Assembly: GCA_963704885.1 (NCBI GenBank)
Contig: CAVPIB010000001.1
Coordinates: forward strand, 32,001 to 96,000
Direction of reading: 5' to 3'
Length of the DNA: 64,000 bases
DNA from: an uncultured Actinomycetes bacterium
GTDB lineage: Bacteria; Actinomycetota; UBA4738; HRBIN12
The notes under the pieces were generated by a model. It saw only the letters and a program-made list of their open reading frames with translations. It was not told the origin of the DNA and ran no database searches. Below, piece after piece: positions 9,753 through 21,872 of the stretch; the stretch's first letter is position 1; the number at the start of each line of letters is the position of its first letter. A program made the translations under genes and the position numbers.

Positions 9753-12269
9753 CTAGACCTCCGGCGAGGCCTCGGCCACGGCCGATGTCGCCGCGGCGGC
9801 CGGTGTTACCGCGGCCGGTGCCTTGGTGGCCGGCTTGCGAGCACCGCTCTTCTTCGCGGTCGACTTCTTGCGCGCCGTGGGCTTCTTGCGCGCCGCCGGC
9901 TTCTTCTTGGCTTTGGCAGCGGCCCTCGCCTCTCGGGCCTTCGCCTTGGCCGCGCGGACGGCGGCCTCGGCCTCGACGTCACCCGTCTTGGTGACCTTGA
10001 ACTCCAGATCCATCTCCGCGCCGCAGTTCCAGCACTTCACGCTCTTGGGTCGCTGCAGCAGGAGCGACCCGCACTCCGGACACGGATGGTCGGGGATGGG
10101 TGGGTTGCTCACCGCGAGCGTGCACTCGGGATACCGATCGCAGCTGTAGAACGGCGCCCCGAACCGATTCTTGCGCTCGACCAGCTCGCCCTTGGCGCAT
10201 TCGGGACACGTGACGCCGGTCGTCTTGGGCGGCTCCTTCTTGATGAATCGGCACTCGGGGTAGCCGCTGCATCCCACGAATGGACCGTAGCGGCCCACGC
10301 GCTCCTGGAGCTGGCGCCCGCATTCCGGGCAGGTCTCGTCCAGCAGCACCGGCTCAGGGCGGACCGAGCCGTCCATGTTGCGGATGTAACGGCACTCCGG
10401 GTAGTTGGTGCACCCGACGAACTTGCCGAACCGACCGAGCTTCACCTGGAGCTGGCCCGGTTCGCGTCCCTCGGTCGGACAGACCGGGCAGGTCTCGTCC
10501 AGCTCCTCCTCGTAACGCTCGAACGAGTGCTCCGCCTTCTCGAGCGCCCGCTCGAACGGTCCGTTGAACTCGTGCAGGACCTGGGTCCAGCCGATCTGCC
10601 CTTCGGCGATGTTGTCGAGCTCCTCCTCCAGGTGAGCGGTGAAGTTCACATCCACCACGTCGGGGAAGTGCTCGATCAGCTTGTCGGTGACGACCGAGCC
10701 CACGTCCTCGGGATAGAAGCGCTTCTCCTCCAGGCGGACGTAACCGCGGTCCTGGATGGTGGAGATGATCGACGCGTAGGTGGATGGCCGGCCGATCCCC
10801 AGCTCCTCCAAGGTCTTCACCAATGAGGCCTCGGAGTAGCGAGGAGGTGGCTGCGTGAAGTGCTGCTCGGGCAGGACCTCGAGCATCCGCAGCAGCTGCT
10901 CGGCCGTGAGCGCCGGGAGCATGGATTCCGCGTCCTCGTCGGGACCTTCGTCGCGCCCCTCCTTATAGATGCGGATGAACCCGTCGAACACGAGCGTCTG
11001 CCCGGTCGCACGCAGGCCGTATCGCACCTCTCCGTCGCGCGCCTCGACGTCCACGCCGACCTGGTTGAACCGGGCCTCCGCCATCTGAGTGGCGACGGTG
11101 CGCCGCCAGATCAGCCGATACAGACGGAGCTGATCGTGCTCCAGCACGGAAGACATCAGGTCGGGCGTCCGCAGCACGGAGGTGGGGCGGACCGCCTCGT
11201 GCGCCTCCTGAGCGTTGCGCGACCGGGTCTTGTACCGGCGGGGCTCCGCCAGGCCGTACTCCCGGCCGAAATCGGTCGTCACCAGCTCGGCGATCTCGCG
11301 AAGCGCGGTGTCGGCGATGTTCACCGAGTCGGTCCGCATGTACGTGATGAGCCCGACCGAACCTTCGCCGGGAAGACTGATGCCCTCGTACAGCCGCTGC
11401 GCAAGGGTCATGGTCTTGCGCGCCCCGAACCCCAGCTTGCGAGCTGCTTCCTGCTGCAACGTGGAGGTCGTGAAGGGCGGCGCCGGCGAGCGCTTGCGCT
11501 CCTTCTGCTCGACCTTGGCCACGCGGTACGCGGCGCGGTTCAGTCGTTCCACGTGCTGCACGGCGTCCGCTTCCGCGCTGAGATGCACGCCCTTCTTGTC
11601 GGGCGAGGCAGCCACCTTGCCCTCCGGGACCTCGATCAGGCGAGCCACGAACGGCTGCTCCGGGCCATCGTCGGGCGTCAGCCGGACATCCACGCTCCAG
11701 TACTCGATCGGATCGAACGCCGCGATCTCTCGCTCACGTTCGACGATCAAACGGACCGCGACCGATTGCACCCGGCCGGCCGACAGGCCCGGACGGACCC
11801 GTCGCCAGAGCAGCGGAGAGATCCGGTAGCCGACCAATCTGTCCAGCACGCGCCGAGCCTGCTGCGCATCCACCAGCTTCATGTCGATCTCGCGCGGGCG
11901 GCCGAACGCCTCCAAGATGGCGTCCTTGGTGATCTCGGTGAAGGTCACGCGCTTGGCGCCACCCGGCGCGACGCCCAGTAGAGCGGCCACGTGGAAGGCG
12001 ATCGCCTCGCCCTCGCGATCGTAGTCAGTGGCCAGCACCAGGTCATCGGACCTCTTGTAGACCGAGCGCAGCTCGCGGACGTGCCGCTCGGAGTCCTCGG
12101 GCACGACGTACTCGGGCTCGAAGTCGTGCTCGGGATCGACACCCAGCTTGGACTTAGGCAGATCCCGGATGTGCCCATAGGAAGCCCGGACGGTGTAGTC
12201 ACCGCCCAGGTACTTCTCGATCGTCTTCGCCTTCGCGGGCGATTCGACGACGACCAGGGTTTTCGGCAT
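9753..12269 (-). CDS. topA: DNA topoisomerase I with four C-terminal Cys zinc ribbons and a Lys/Ala-rich tail
   Basis: VVESPAKAKTI, ATDYDREGEAIA, SAGRVQS, LITYMRTDS and GIGRPSTYA. Confidence 0.97.
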   Translation of the reverse strand: MPKTLVVVESPAKAKTIEKYLGGDYTVRASYGHIRDLPKSKLGVDPEHDFEPEYVVPEDSERHVRELRSVYKRSDDLVLATDYDREGEAIAFHVAALLGVAPGGAKRVTFTEITKDAILEAFGRPREIDMKLVDAQQARRVLDRLVGYRISPLLWRRVRPGLSAGRVQSVAVRLIVEREREIAAFDPIEYWSVDVRLTPDDGPEQPFVARLIEVPEGKVAASPDKKGVHLSAEADAVQHVERLNRAAYRVAKVEQKERKRSPAPPFTTSTLQQEAARKLGFGARKTMTLAQRLYEGISLPGEGSVGLITYMRTDSVNIADTALREIAELVTTDFGREYGLAEPRRYKTRSRNAQEAHEAVRPTSVLRTPDLMSSVLEHDQLRLYRLIWRRTVATQMAEARFNQVGVDVEARDGEVRYGLRATGQTLVFDGFIRIYKEGRDEGPDEDAESMLPALTAEQLLRMLEVLPEQHFTQPPPRYSEASLVKTLEELGIGRPSTYASIISTIQDRGYVRLEEKRFYPEDVGSVVTDKLIEHFPDVVDVNFTAHLEEELDNIAEGQIGWTQVLHEFNGPFERALEKAEHSFERYEEELDETCPVCPTEGREPGQLQVKLGRFGKFVGCTNYPECRYIRNMDGSVRPEPVLLDETCPECGRQLQERVGRYGPFVGCSGYPECRFIKKEPPKTTGVTCPECAKGELVERKNRFGAPFYSCDRYPECTLAVSNPPIPDHPCPECGSLLLQRPKSVKCWNCGAEMDLEFKVTKTGDVEAEAAVRAAKAKAREARAAAKAKKKPAARKKPTARKKSTAKKSGARKPATKAPAAVTPAAAATSAVAEASPEV

Positions 12270-12459
12270 AACTGCGAACCTCTACTGGGAGTGGGGAAGG
12301 GGTGTCAAACGCACGATCCCGGCGCCGACGGTACCACCGCGGTCGGGCTCGACAAGGACCATCACATCTGGAAGGACGGTCCGGACGCCCTGCCGAACGC
12401 CCACCCAAGCGCCGATATTCCCGTGGCTGATGCTACGCTCGGACCTCCCCCGACCGATC

Positions 12460-13129
12460 GTGGAGCCCGTGCTCGCCCTCTTCACCGACTTCATCACGAA
12501 CGAGATCCTGCGGTACGGGTACCTGGCGATCTTCGTGCTGATGGTGCTCGAGTCGGCATGCATCCCGATCCCTTCCGAGGTGACGATGCTCTTCGGGGGA
12601 GCGCTCGCGAGCACCGCGTTCGTTGGTGGGGAAGCAGGAGCTCAGCCTGTTCTGGGTGGCCATGGCCGGCACGGCAGGCAACGTCGTCGGCTCCTGGTTG
12701 GCCTACGGAGCGGGGGCCTGGGGTGGACGACCGCTCGTCGATCGGTTCGGGCGATACCTATTGATACGCCCACACGAGATCGACCGCGCACACGAATGGT
12801 TCGAACGCCACGGCGATGCGGCCGTGTTCTTCTCACGGCTGCTTCCGGTCGTACGGACGTTCATCAGCGTTCCGGCTGGTGTGGCCCGCATGAACTTCGC
12901 GAAGTTCACCATCTACACGGTCCTGGGATGCCTGCCGTGGACGTTCGCGCTGGCCTGGGTGGGCTACCTCCTGGGACAGAACTGGACCAAGGCGGAAGAG
13001 GTTCTCCGCCCCCTGGCCTGGGCGATCGCGCTGGTGATCCTGGCGATGGGTGTCTGGTGGGTGGCTCGGCGTTGGCGTCAGGTTCGCCAGGAGTACGCGG
13101 CGCTCGATCGCGAGCGCGCGGAGCCTTAA
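12460..13129 (+). CDS. DedA family membrane protein; frameshift near 12625; start approximate
   Basis: MVLESACIPIPSEVTMLFGG, then GNVVGS and SRLLPVVRTFISVPAG. Confidence 0.88.
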
Positions 13130-13133
13130 CGCC

Positions 13134-13616
13134 TCAGAGGTTCACCAACATCACCCACGAGCCGGTGTCGTCCTCGGAGAGCCGTTCGAACCCGACCCGC
13201 TGGTACATCATCCGCGAGCGGTTGTGGACCGCCACCGAGAGCGAGAGCGCCTGGTAGCCCTCCTCGCGCGCCTGCACCATGAGCGCGCGGAGCAACGTGG
13301 CCCCGATCCCCTTGCGCCGGTGCAAAGGCTCGACCGCTATCCCCAGCTCCGGGATCTTCTCGTCCACGAACCCGTAACCGGGGGCGTCTTCGGTGAACAG
13401 CCGGTACCACGCCGCCCCCACGGGGACATCGTCGAGCTCGGCGATCACTCCGGAGTCACCGGAGCGACCCCATCCCTCGTGGTAGCGCGTGAGCATAGGG
13501 TCGGCCAGAACCTCCTCCATCGGTCTGAGCGGCCAGTCGGGGTTCCAGCGGGTCGCCTCGTACAGCATCTTGTGCAGGAACTCGACGTCGTCCTGGATGG
13601 CGGGTCTGATGTTCAC
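13134..13616 (-). CDS. GNAT family N-acetyltransferase
   Basis: LGIAVEPLHRRKGIGATLL acetyl-CoA motif and MYQRVGF; GGAGG RBS. Confidence 0.9.
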   Translation of the reverse strand: MNIRPAIQDDVEFLHKMLYEATRWNPDWPLRPMEEVLADPMLTRYHEGWGRSGDSGVIAELDDVPVGAAWYRLFTEDAPGYGFVDEKIPELGIAVEPLHRRKGIGATLLRALMVQAREEGYQALSLSVAVHNRSRMMYQRVGFERLSEDDTGSWVMLVNL

Positions 13617-13652
13617 GCTGGCCTCCTAGGCCTAATGAGAAGCTTCGCTCGC

Positions 13653-14600
13653 ATGGGCAACCTAATACAGCGGTGGATCGGGCGACTGCGGAACGTGGGC
13701 GAAACTTGGATCCTCCGCCTGATCCAGTGGGTCTCCATCCGGCTCGGACGCTTCACTCCGAGGGTGCAGACGCGCATCGTCCGGGCGGTGCAAGTGGCCG
13801 TCGAGGTTCACGTCAAGAGCCTGGTCGACGACGTGAGCACACAGGCGGCCGCGCTCACCTACGCCACCTTCCTCTCGCTCCTCCCACTCATCCTGGTGGG
13901 ATTCTCGCTCGCAGGCACAGTGATCGCGAACGTTTCTGAGACGGCCTGGCTCCAGGATCTGATCGCCGGCGTCCCCGGACTCGCCGAGACCGGGATCGGC
14001 TCGCTCCAGGAGCAGCTGACCTCCCGAGCGGACATCGGCTTCATCGGGCTGATCGGAGCGTTGTGGGCGGCATCGGTGCTATCCAACCGGGCGGAGCGCG
14101 CGTTGGCCAAGGTGTTCAAAGTGAAGCGCCGGAACGTCGTGAACCGGTTCCGCGCGATGCTGATCACGGTCATGCTGGGAGCGGTCGTCATCGGCGGGCT
14201 CGTCGTTGGGGCCGTGCTCCAGAGCCTGGACCTGCACGGACTCATCGTGATCCCCGCCTGGATCGTTGTCCGCTTCCTGCTCCTGTCGGTCGAGTTCGGG
14301 TATTTCCTGCTCCTGTACAAGCTCCTCACGCCGAGCAGCGCGCTTCGATGGCGCGATCACCTGCCGGGCGCGATCGTGATGACGTTCGGCTTCGCCGTGT
14401 TGAAGGCCGTGGGAGGGTTCTTCGTCGATCGGACGATCGAGCATTGGTCCTCGCTGTACGGCACGATCGGCGGGATCTTCGGTCTCTTGTTGGTCATCAG
14501 GCTGGCGATGTGGATATTCCTCTACGGTGCCGAGCTTTCTTCCGTGTTGATGCGCGAGGGCCATGGCGACGCAGGAGTTCAGGTCGTCAAGGTCGCCTGA
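13653..14600 (+). CDS. YihY/BrkB family membrane protein (start uncertain)
   Basis: AAALTYATFLSLLP, SLYGTIGGIFGLL and IFLYGAEL. Confidence 0.85.
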   Translation: MGNLIQRWIGRLRNVGETWILRLIQWVSIRLGRFTPRVQTRIVRAVQVAVEVHVKSLVDDVSTQAAALTYATFLSLLPLILVGFSLAGTVIANVSETAWLQDLIAGVPGLAETGIGSLQEQLTSRADIGFIGLIGALWAASVLSNRAERALAKVFKVKRRNVVNRFRAMLITVMLGAVVIGGLVVGAVLQSLDLHGLIVIPAWIVVRFLLLSVEFGYFLLLYKLLTPSSALRWRDHLPGAIVMTFGFAVLKAVGGFFVDRTIEHWSSLYGTIGGIFGLLLVIRLAMWIFLYGAELSSVLMREGHGDAGVQVVKVA

Positions 14601-14606
14601 GTCAGG

Positions 14607-15168
14607 CTAGGCGGGATCGGGAGAAAGACCTATCTCCGGTGCAACCGCCTGAAGGCCTTGGATGGAAACCGCCAGGAACTCGTCGAGTGGAAGGCCGATC
14701 GAGTCCTCTACATCGGCTGATCTCCTGGCGGTTGACGCCCGGCGCGAAGGCCTTCTCCTTGAGCTTCTTCTTGAGCGAAGAGACCTTCATCCCCACGGCC
14801 TTCTCGGGACGGACGAGCGCCGAGGCCACCAGAAGCCCAGCTACCGCGTCGGCGTGCACGATCGCGCGAGACATGAGATCGGTGCGGTGGTCGGCGTAGG
14901 CGTGGGCGAGCACGCCGTTCACTATCCGCTCGTCGACGCCCGCCTCGCGGAGCCATCCGGCCGCCATCACGGCGTGGCTCGCGCCGTCGTCGCCCGTGTG
15001 GTCCTGATCCAGGTCGTGGAATAGCCCGGTAAGCGCCCAGAGATCCTGGTCCTCACCCAAGCGTCCCGCCAACGCACGCATGACTCCCTCGACGGAGATG
15101 AGGTGCCGGACGGTGGTGTCCTTCAGGCACTTCTCCCGGCAGAACGCGATGGCGGTGTCTCGGTCCAT
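14607..15168 (-). CDS. HD/HDIG-domain metal-dependent phosphohydrolase; frameshift near 14713
   Basis: VRHLISVE, GLFHDLD, VLAH and LKKKLKEKAFAPGVNR. The corrected frame ends IGLPLDEFLAVSIQGLQAVAPEIGLSPDPA*. Confidence 0.85.
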
Positions 15169-15170
15169 CG

Positions 15171-17504
15171 TCAGCCTTTCGCGGGAGTGGTCTCGGGCTG
15201 GGGGATCTCGGGCTCGCGCAGGTGGAAGGGCACGCTCGTCACCACGACCATCGGCTCGAACAGCAACATGCGCTTCAGCGCGAACGCGGTCTGGTTGTGC
15301 AGCAGGTTCTCCCACCAGTGGGTCGGCACGAGCTCGGGTAGGACCACGGTCACCACGGTGTCTCCTCTGCCGGTATGGGCGCGCACGGCGGCAAGCAGCG
15401 GCTCATCGATATCTCTGAACGGTGCCTCTTCGATCAGGAGCGGCACATCCATCTGGCGCTCGTGCCATGCGTCGATCACGCCCTGGACCTCCTCGGGGTC
15501 GGTCACGAAGTAGACGCCCTCCACGATGGTCGGATGGAGTGACTTGGCGTAGGTCACGGCCCTCACCACCGCGTCGTGAACAGCGGAGACGGGGATCAGC
15601 ACGACGCTCCGCTCCGGTTCGACCGGCCGGGTGGGCGCTTCGAGGCGCTCCTGACCTTCCACGAACGGCACGTCCGTCACGACGACACCGGTCTCGAACA
15701 GCAGCGACCCCTTCAGGAGGAGCGTTCCTCGGTGACGAAGGAACTGCCACCACGACTGATCCCTGAGGACCTCGGGGATCACGACCGCGAAGTACTCCTC
15801 CGGCTCCCGAGGTCGCGACCGAACGAGGCCTCGAACCGCGCGGACGAGTTGCCGGTCGGCACCCTCCAGCATCTGGAGTTCGCCCAGGCGTGGCGCCACC
15901 TCCGCCCAACGCTCTGCGGTTCGCACGAACTCGCCGGGCGGCCCAACGAATAGCGCCTCGAGTCGCTCGGGACGGATGGCCCGCAGGTAGCCGATCGCCT
16001 CCAGCGTCGCCGGACCAAGATCGGGAACGAGTAGGAAGAACGTGGACCGCGCCTGCTGGGTGCCCAACAGCTTCCCTGCCCGGAGCCTGGCCCCGACGCG
16101 CGCGTAGTGCCGGTACACGCTCAGGAAGAACAGCACGATGATCGGCATCGCGGCGATCACGATCCATGCGCCCTTCGTGAACTTCGTCAACGTCACGATG
16201 ATCAGAACGACGCCTGTGGTTACCGCGCCGATCCCGTTGATGACCGCCCGTCGACGCCACTTGTCGCCGCGTGTCTTGAACCACCGCCGGACCATGCCCG
16301 ACTGCGACAGCGTGAACGCCGTGAAGACACCGATGACGTAGAGCTGGATCAGGTGCGTCAGCTGCGCGTCGAACAGCCAGATCAGCAGGCAGGCGAACCC
16401 GGCCAGCATGAGCACGCCGTTGGAGAAGACGAGGCGGTCGCCGCGGTTACGGAACTGCGACGGCATGAACCGATCGCGGGCAAGATCGAGGAGAGCCGAG
16501 GGAAGTCCTGGAACGCCGTGTTCGCCGCCAGGACCAGGATGCCCGCCGTGAAGACCTGAAGAAGTATGAACGCGAACCCCCGGCCGAAGACCGTCTCGCC
16601 GATCTGGGAGAGCACCGAACTGGTCGCCGCGATCTGCTCGTCGACCCGGACGTTGAACAACCCAGCCAGGAGCGTTATCCCAAGGAACATCGACACCGCC
16701 AGAGCGGCCATGACCGAAAGGGTCGCCGCGGCGTTCTTGGCCTGGGGCCTCCGGAAGGCCTGCACCCCGTCGGCGATCGCCTCGACGCCTGTGAGGGCGG
16801 TGGCCCCCGACGCGAACGCGCGGAGGAGAAGGAACAAGGACAGCGTCGACTTCGGCTTCGATCGCCAGGTTGGCGGTTGGTGCTTGCGGACATCCGCTGA
16901 TGCATTCGGCGAGTCCGACGACCAGGGTGATCCCGACGATCACGACGAAGCCGTACGTGGGGATGGCGAACAGGGTGCCCGCCTCCTTGACGCCGCGCAG
17001 GTTCGCGAGGGTGAGGAGAAGCACGAGCCCCACCGCCATCAACACTCGATGGTCCGCCAGGCCGGGAGCCGCGGAGGTGATCGCGATCGTCCCCGCCGTC
17101 ACGCTCACGGCCACCGTCAACACGTAGTCCGTGAGGATCGCGGCGGCGGCGATCAGACCCGGGAGGGTTCCCAGGTTCTCCTTCGCGACGATGTAAGAGC
17201 CGCCGCCGCGCGGGTAGGCCTTGACGGTCTGGCGGTACGACGTGACCACGATGACGAGCAGGGCGCCGATCGCCAGGGAGAGCGGGATCTTGTAGCTGAG
17301 GGCGCCGGTACCTGCCAGGATCAACACCAGCATCATCTCCTCGGTCGCGTAGGCGACCGAGGAGAGCGGGTCGGACGAGAACACCGGCAGCGCCAGGATC
17401 TTGGGCAGTAACTGGTGCTCGGCCTTGCTGGATGCGATCGCCCGCCCGAGGAAGAGGCGCTTCAAGTAACCACCGGCGCCCGTCTCGTTCCGCGTCGAGG
17501 TCAC
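15171..17504 (-). CDS. KimA/YdaO-like APC-fold K+ transporter with a tandemly duplicated cytosolic domain; compensating frameshifts near 16850 and 16480
   Basis: FSSDPLSSVAYATEE, YPRGGGSY, LTDYVLT, TGVEAIADG (ORF 16382..16837), RGDRLVFSNG and LYVIGVF. Confidence 0.88.
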   Translation of the reverse strand: MTSTRNETGAGGYLKRLFLGRAIASSKAEHQLLPKILALPVFSSDPLSSVAYATEEMMLVLILAGTGALSYKIPLSLAIGALLVIVVTSYRQTVKAYPRGGGSYIVAKENLGTLPGLIAAAAILTDYVLTVAVSVTAGTIAITSAAPGLADHRVLMAVGLVLLLTLANLRGVKEAGTLFAIPTYGFVVIVGITLVVGLAECISGCPQAPTANLAIEAEVDAVLVPSPPRVRVGGHRPHRRRGDRRRGAGLPEAPGQERRGDPFGHGRSGGVDVPWDNAPGWVVQRPGRRADRGDQFGALPDRRDGLRPGVRVHTSSGLHGGHPGPGGEHGVPGLPSALLDLARDRFMPSQFRNRGDRLVFSNGVLMLAGFACLLIWLFDAQLTHLIQLYVIGVFTAFTLSQSGMVRRWFKTRGDKWRRRAVINGIGAVTTGVVLIIVTLTKFTKGAWIVIAAMPIIVLFFLSVYRHYARVGARLRAGKLLGTQQARSTFFLLVPDLGPATLEAIGYLRAIRPERLEALFVGPPGEFVRTAERWAEVAPRLGELQMLEGADRQLVRAVRGLVRSRPREPEEYFAVVIPEVLRDQSWWQFLRHRGTLLLKGSLLFETGVVVTDVPFVEGQERLEAPTRPVEPERSVVLIPVSAVHDAVVRAVTYAKSLHPTIVEGVYFVTDPEEVQGVIDAWHERQMDVPLLIEEAPFRDIDEPLLAAVRAHTGRGDTVVTVVLPELVPTHWWENLLHNQTAFALKRMLLFEPMVVVTSVPFHLREPEIPQPETTPAKG

Positions 17505-17590
17505 GGGCGCAATCCTAAGGCGCGAACGCCGTGGCGCGGCGGCGTAGGGGGCCGTGTCGCGGCTTGGGGCGTCGACTAGGCTTACCGGTC

Positions 17591-18253
17591 GTGCACGTCA
17601 TCATCATGGGTTGCGGACGAGTGGGTTCCGAGCTCTCCTTGAAGCTCTTGGAGGGCGGCCACGACGTCACAGTGATCGACAAGAAGCCCTCTGCGTTCGT
17701 GAAGTACCCCCCGGGGGACAAGGCGAAGACCCTGGTCGGACTCGGGTTCGATCGCGACGTTCTGGAGGCGGCCGGGATCAAGGACGCCGATGCCTTCGTG
17801 GCCGTTTCCAGTGGCGATAACTCCAACATCTTGTCGGCCCGAGTGGCGCTCGAGCACTACCACGTACCCAAGGTCATAGCCCGGATCTACGACCCACGCC
17901 GGGCCGAGATCTACCAACGGCTGAACATCCCCACCGTCGCCACGACCACGTGGGGGATCAAGCAGATCCAACTGATGCTGTTCCACGATCACCAGGAGGT
18001 CCGTGAGAGCCTCGGCGGCGGCGATCTCGTGCGGCTGCGCCTGCCGGTCCCGGCCCACCTGGTCGGCAAGAACGTCTCCGCGATCAACCTGGACGGCAAG
18101 ATCCTGGTCGCCGGAGTCTCGCGAGGCGGCGGCGGCTTCATCCCGACGGCCGAGAGCACGTTCCAGGCGGGCGACTATCTGGCGGTGATCATGGCCAAGG
18201 ACGGGATGGATCTCCTCGACGAGGTCATGGCCGAGCCGACCGGGGATCACTGA
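17591..18253 (+). CDS. trkA: TrkA-family RCK potassium-uptake regulatory protein (CeoB-like)
   Basis: IIMGCGRVG, GDNSNI and ARIYDPRRAEIYQRL; TAGGCT -10 just before the GTG. Confidence 0.9.
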   Translation: MHVIIMGCGRVGSELSLKLLEGGHDVTVIDKKPSAFVKYPPGDKAKTLVGLGFDRDVLEAAGIKDADAFVAVSSGDNSNILSARVALEHYHVPKVIARIYDPRRAEIYQRLNIPTVATTTWGIKQIQLMLFHDHQEVRESLGGGDLVRLRLPVPAHLVGKNVSAINLDGKILVAGVSRGGGGFIPTAESTFQAGDYLAVIMAKDGMDLLDEVMAEPTGDH

Positions 18254-18969
18254 TGAAGGTCGTAGTGACGGGAGCCGGAGCGGTCGGTCGTCACCTGGCC
18301 GCGGACCTGGCGGACCGCGGCCACGAGGTGACCCTGATCGACCAGGACCCGGAGATCACCGGAAAGATCCAGGAATGGGCTCCCAACGTCTCGGTGGTGC
18401 TCGGTGACGCCTGCGAACCGTGGGTGCTCGAAGCGGCCGACGTGAAGCACGCCGACGTCGTCGTGGCCGTCACCGGTGACGACGAGGACAACCTGGTGAC
18501 CTCGCTGCTCTCCAAGCAGGAATTCGGGGTGCCACGCGTGCTGGCGCGCGTCAATCACCCCAAGAACGAGTGGCTCTTCACCGAGCAATGGGGCGTGGAC
18601 GCGGCCGTCTCGCCTCCACACATCCTGACCGCGATGGTGGAAGAAGCCGTGACCGTGGGCGACCTGGTTCGGTTGATCAGGCTCGAGGGCGGCCGGATCT
18701 CGATCGTGGAGATGACGCTCCCCGGCGACTCGCCCTCCGTCGGCCGCCCCCTCTACGAGCTACGCTTGCCGCCCGACTCGGCGATCGTGGCGATCCTGCG
18801 CGACGGGCACGTCGTCATCCCGCAGCCCGAAACGGTGCTCTCCGCCGGAGACGAGGTCGTGGCCCTCTCGAGCCCGGCGTCGGAAGGGGAGCTTCGCAAC
18901 ACCGTCGTCGGTGATGGCATCACAGGTGGAGCGCCGTCGGACCCCATGGCAGGGGCGAGCGAAGCCTAG
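18253..18969 (+). CDS. trkA: TrkA-family RCK protein, second copy (CeoC-like)
   Basis: VVTGAGAVG, GDACE, TGDDEDNL and ARVNHPKNEWLF. Confidence 0.9.
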   Translation: MKVVVTGAGAVGRHLAADLADRGHEVTLIDQDPEITGKIQEWAPNVSVVLGDACEPWVLEAADVKHADVVVAVTGDDEDNLVTSLLSKQEFGVPRVLARVNHPKNEWLFTEQWGVDAAVSPPHILTAMVEEAVTVGDLVRLIRLEGGRISIVEMTLPGDSPSVGRPLYELRLPPDSAIVAILRDGHVVIPQPETVLSAGDEVVALSSPASEGELRNTVVGDGITGGAPSDPMAGASEA

Positions 18970-18989
18970 TCGCGGTTCCCTGCGTCGTC

Positions 18990-19349
18990 CTAAGCGCTGA
19001 ACTCCAGCTTCGGGTTGATCATCCTCACGGCGCCCCGCTGCTCGCCCAGGACGCCCTCGACGACCACGCGCGTCCCCAGCGTGAGCCCGCCGATGCCTCG
19101 ACGGCCCATGAATACGACCACGGCCTCGCCGGACCCGTCGGAGACCAGGGCCTCGAGCGACTCCTTGCCCTCCATAGGGAAGACGGTCATGCGCTTGATC
19201 ACGCCCGCGATCTTGACGGGCTCGCGCATGGGCGCGTGTGCGATGTCGGTGGTGCCCGGCACGCTCTCGGCCCAAGTGCGGATCTCGGCCGACAGGCGCA
19301 CCTCGTCGCTCTCGCCCAGTCGGTCCAGGAAGCGACCGATCGCGCCCAT
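18990..19349 (-). CDS. OB-fold nucleic-acid-binding-like small protein
   Basis: LEALVSDGSG, VFMGRRGIGG and MINP; matches the OB-fold gene usually found beside actinobacterial trkA pairs. Confidence 0.75.
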   Translation of the reverse strand: MGAIGRFLDRLGESDEVRLSAEIRTWAESVPGTTDIAHAPMREPVKIAGVIKRMTVFPMEGKESLEALVSDGSGEAVVVFMGRRGIGGLTLGTRVVVEGVLGEQRGAVRMINPKLEFSA

Positions 19350-19361
19350 CTCGACTCCTGC

Positions 19362-21618
<2,257 letters not shown>

Positions 21619-21808
21619 CGAACCTCCTCGAACTAGGGGAGCGAAGTCTCATCCGCCCGGCAACCCGGCCGGGAACCCGGGAAGTATAGGGAATGGCTTG
21701 ACGCCCCGACCTGCGAGGAAGAGCCGGGAAGCCGTCATCCTCCGGGCCATCTGACCCTTTGCCGCCTCGTGGGCGAACCCCTAGCATCCGAACGAAGCAA
21801 CGCACGAT

Positions 21809-21861
21809 GGGGTGCCGGGAAGCCGGGTCGGCAGGACGTTCCGGTACCCCTTTTCTGTGTT
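21809..21861 (+). ncRNA. Candidate cis-regulatory RNA (copy 1): conserved hairpin competing with an intrinsic terminator
   Basis: GCCGGGAAGCCGGGTCGGCAG at 21814-21834 is 19/21 identical to the nhaA leader. Alternatively 21809-21820 pairs with 21839-21850, followed by TTTTCTGTGTT. Confidence 0.6.
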
Positions 21862-21872
21862 CCAAGGAGACC

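Noticed and set aside
17505-17590. c-di-AMP (ydaO) riboswitch expected upstream of the KimA-like gene
   Set aside because: The region is only ~86 bp with leaderless-type promoters on both strands, and no ydaO consensus is visible.
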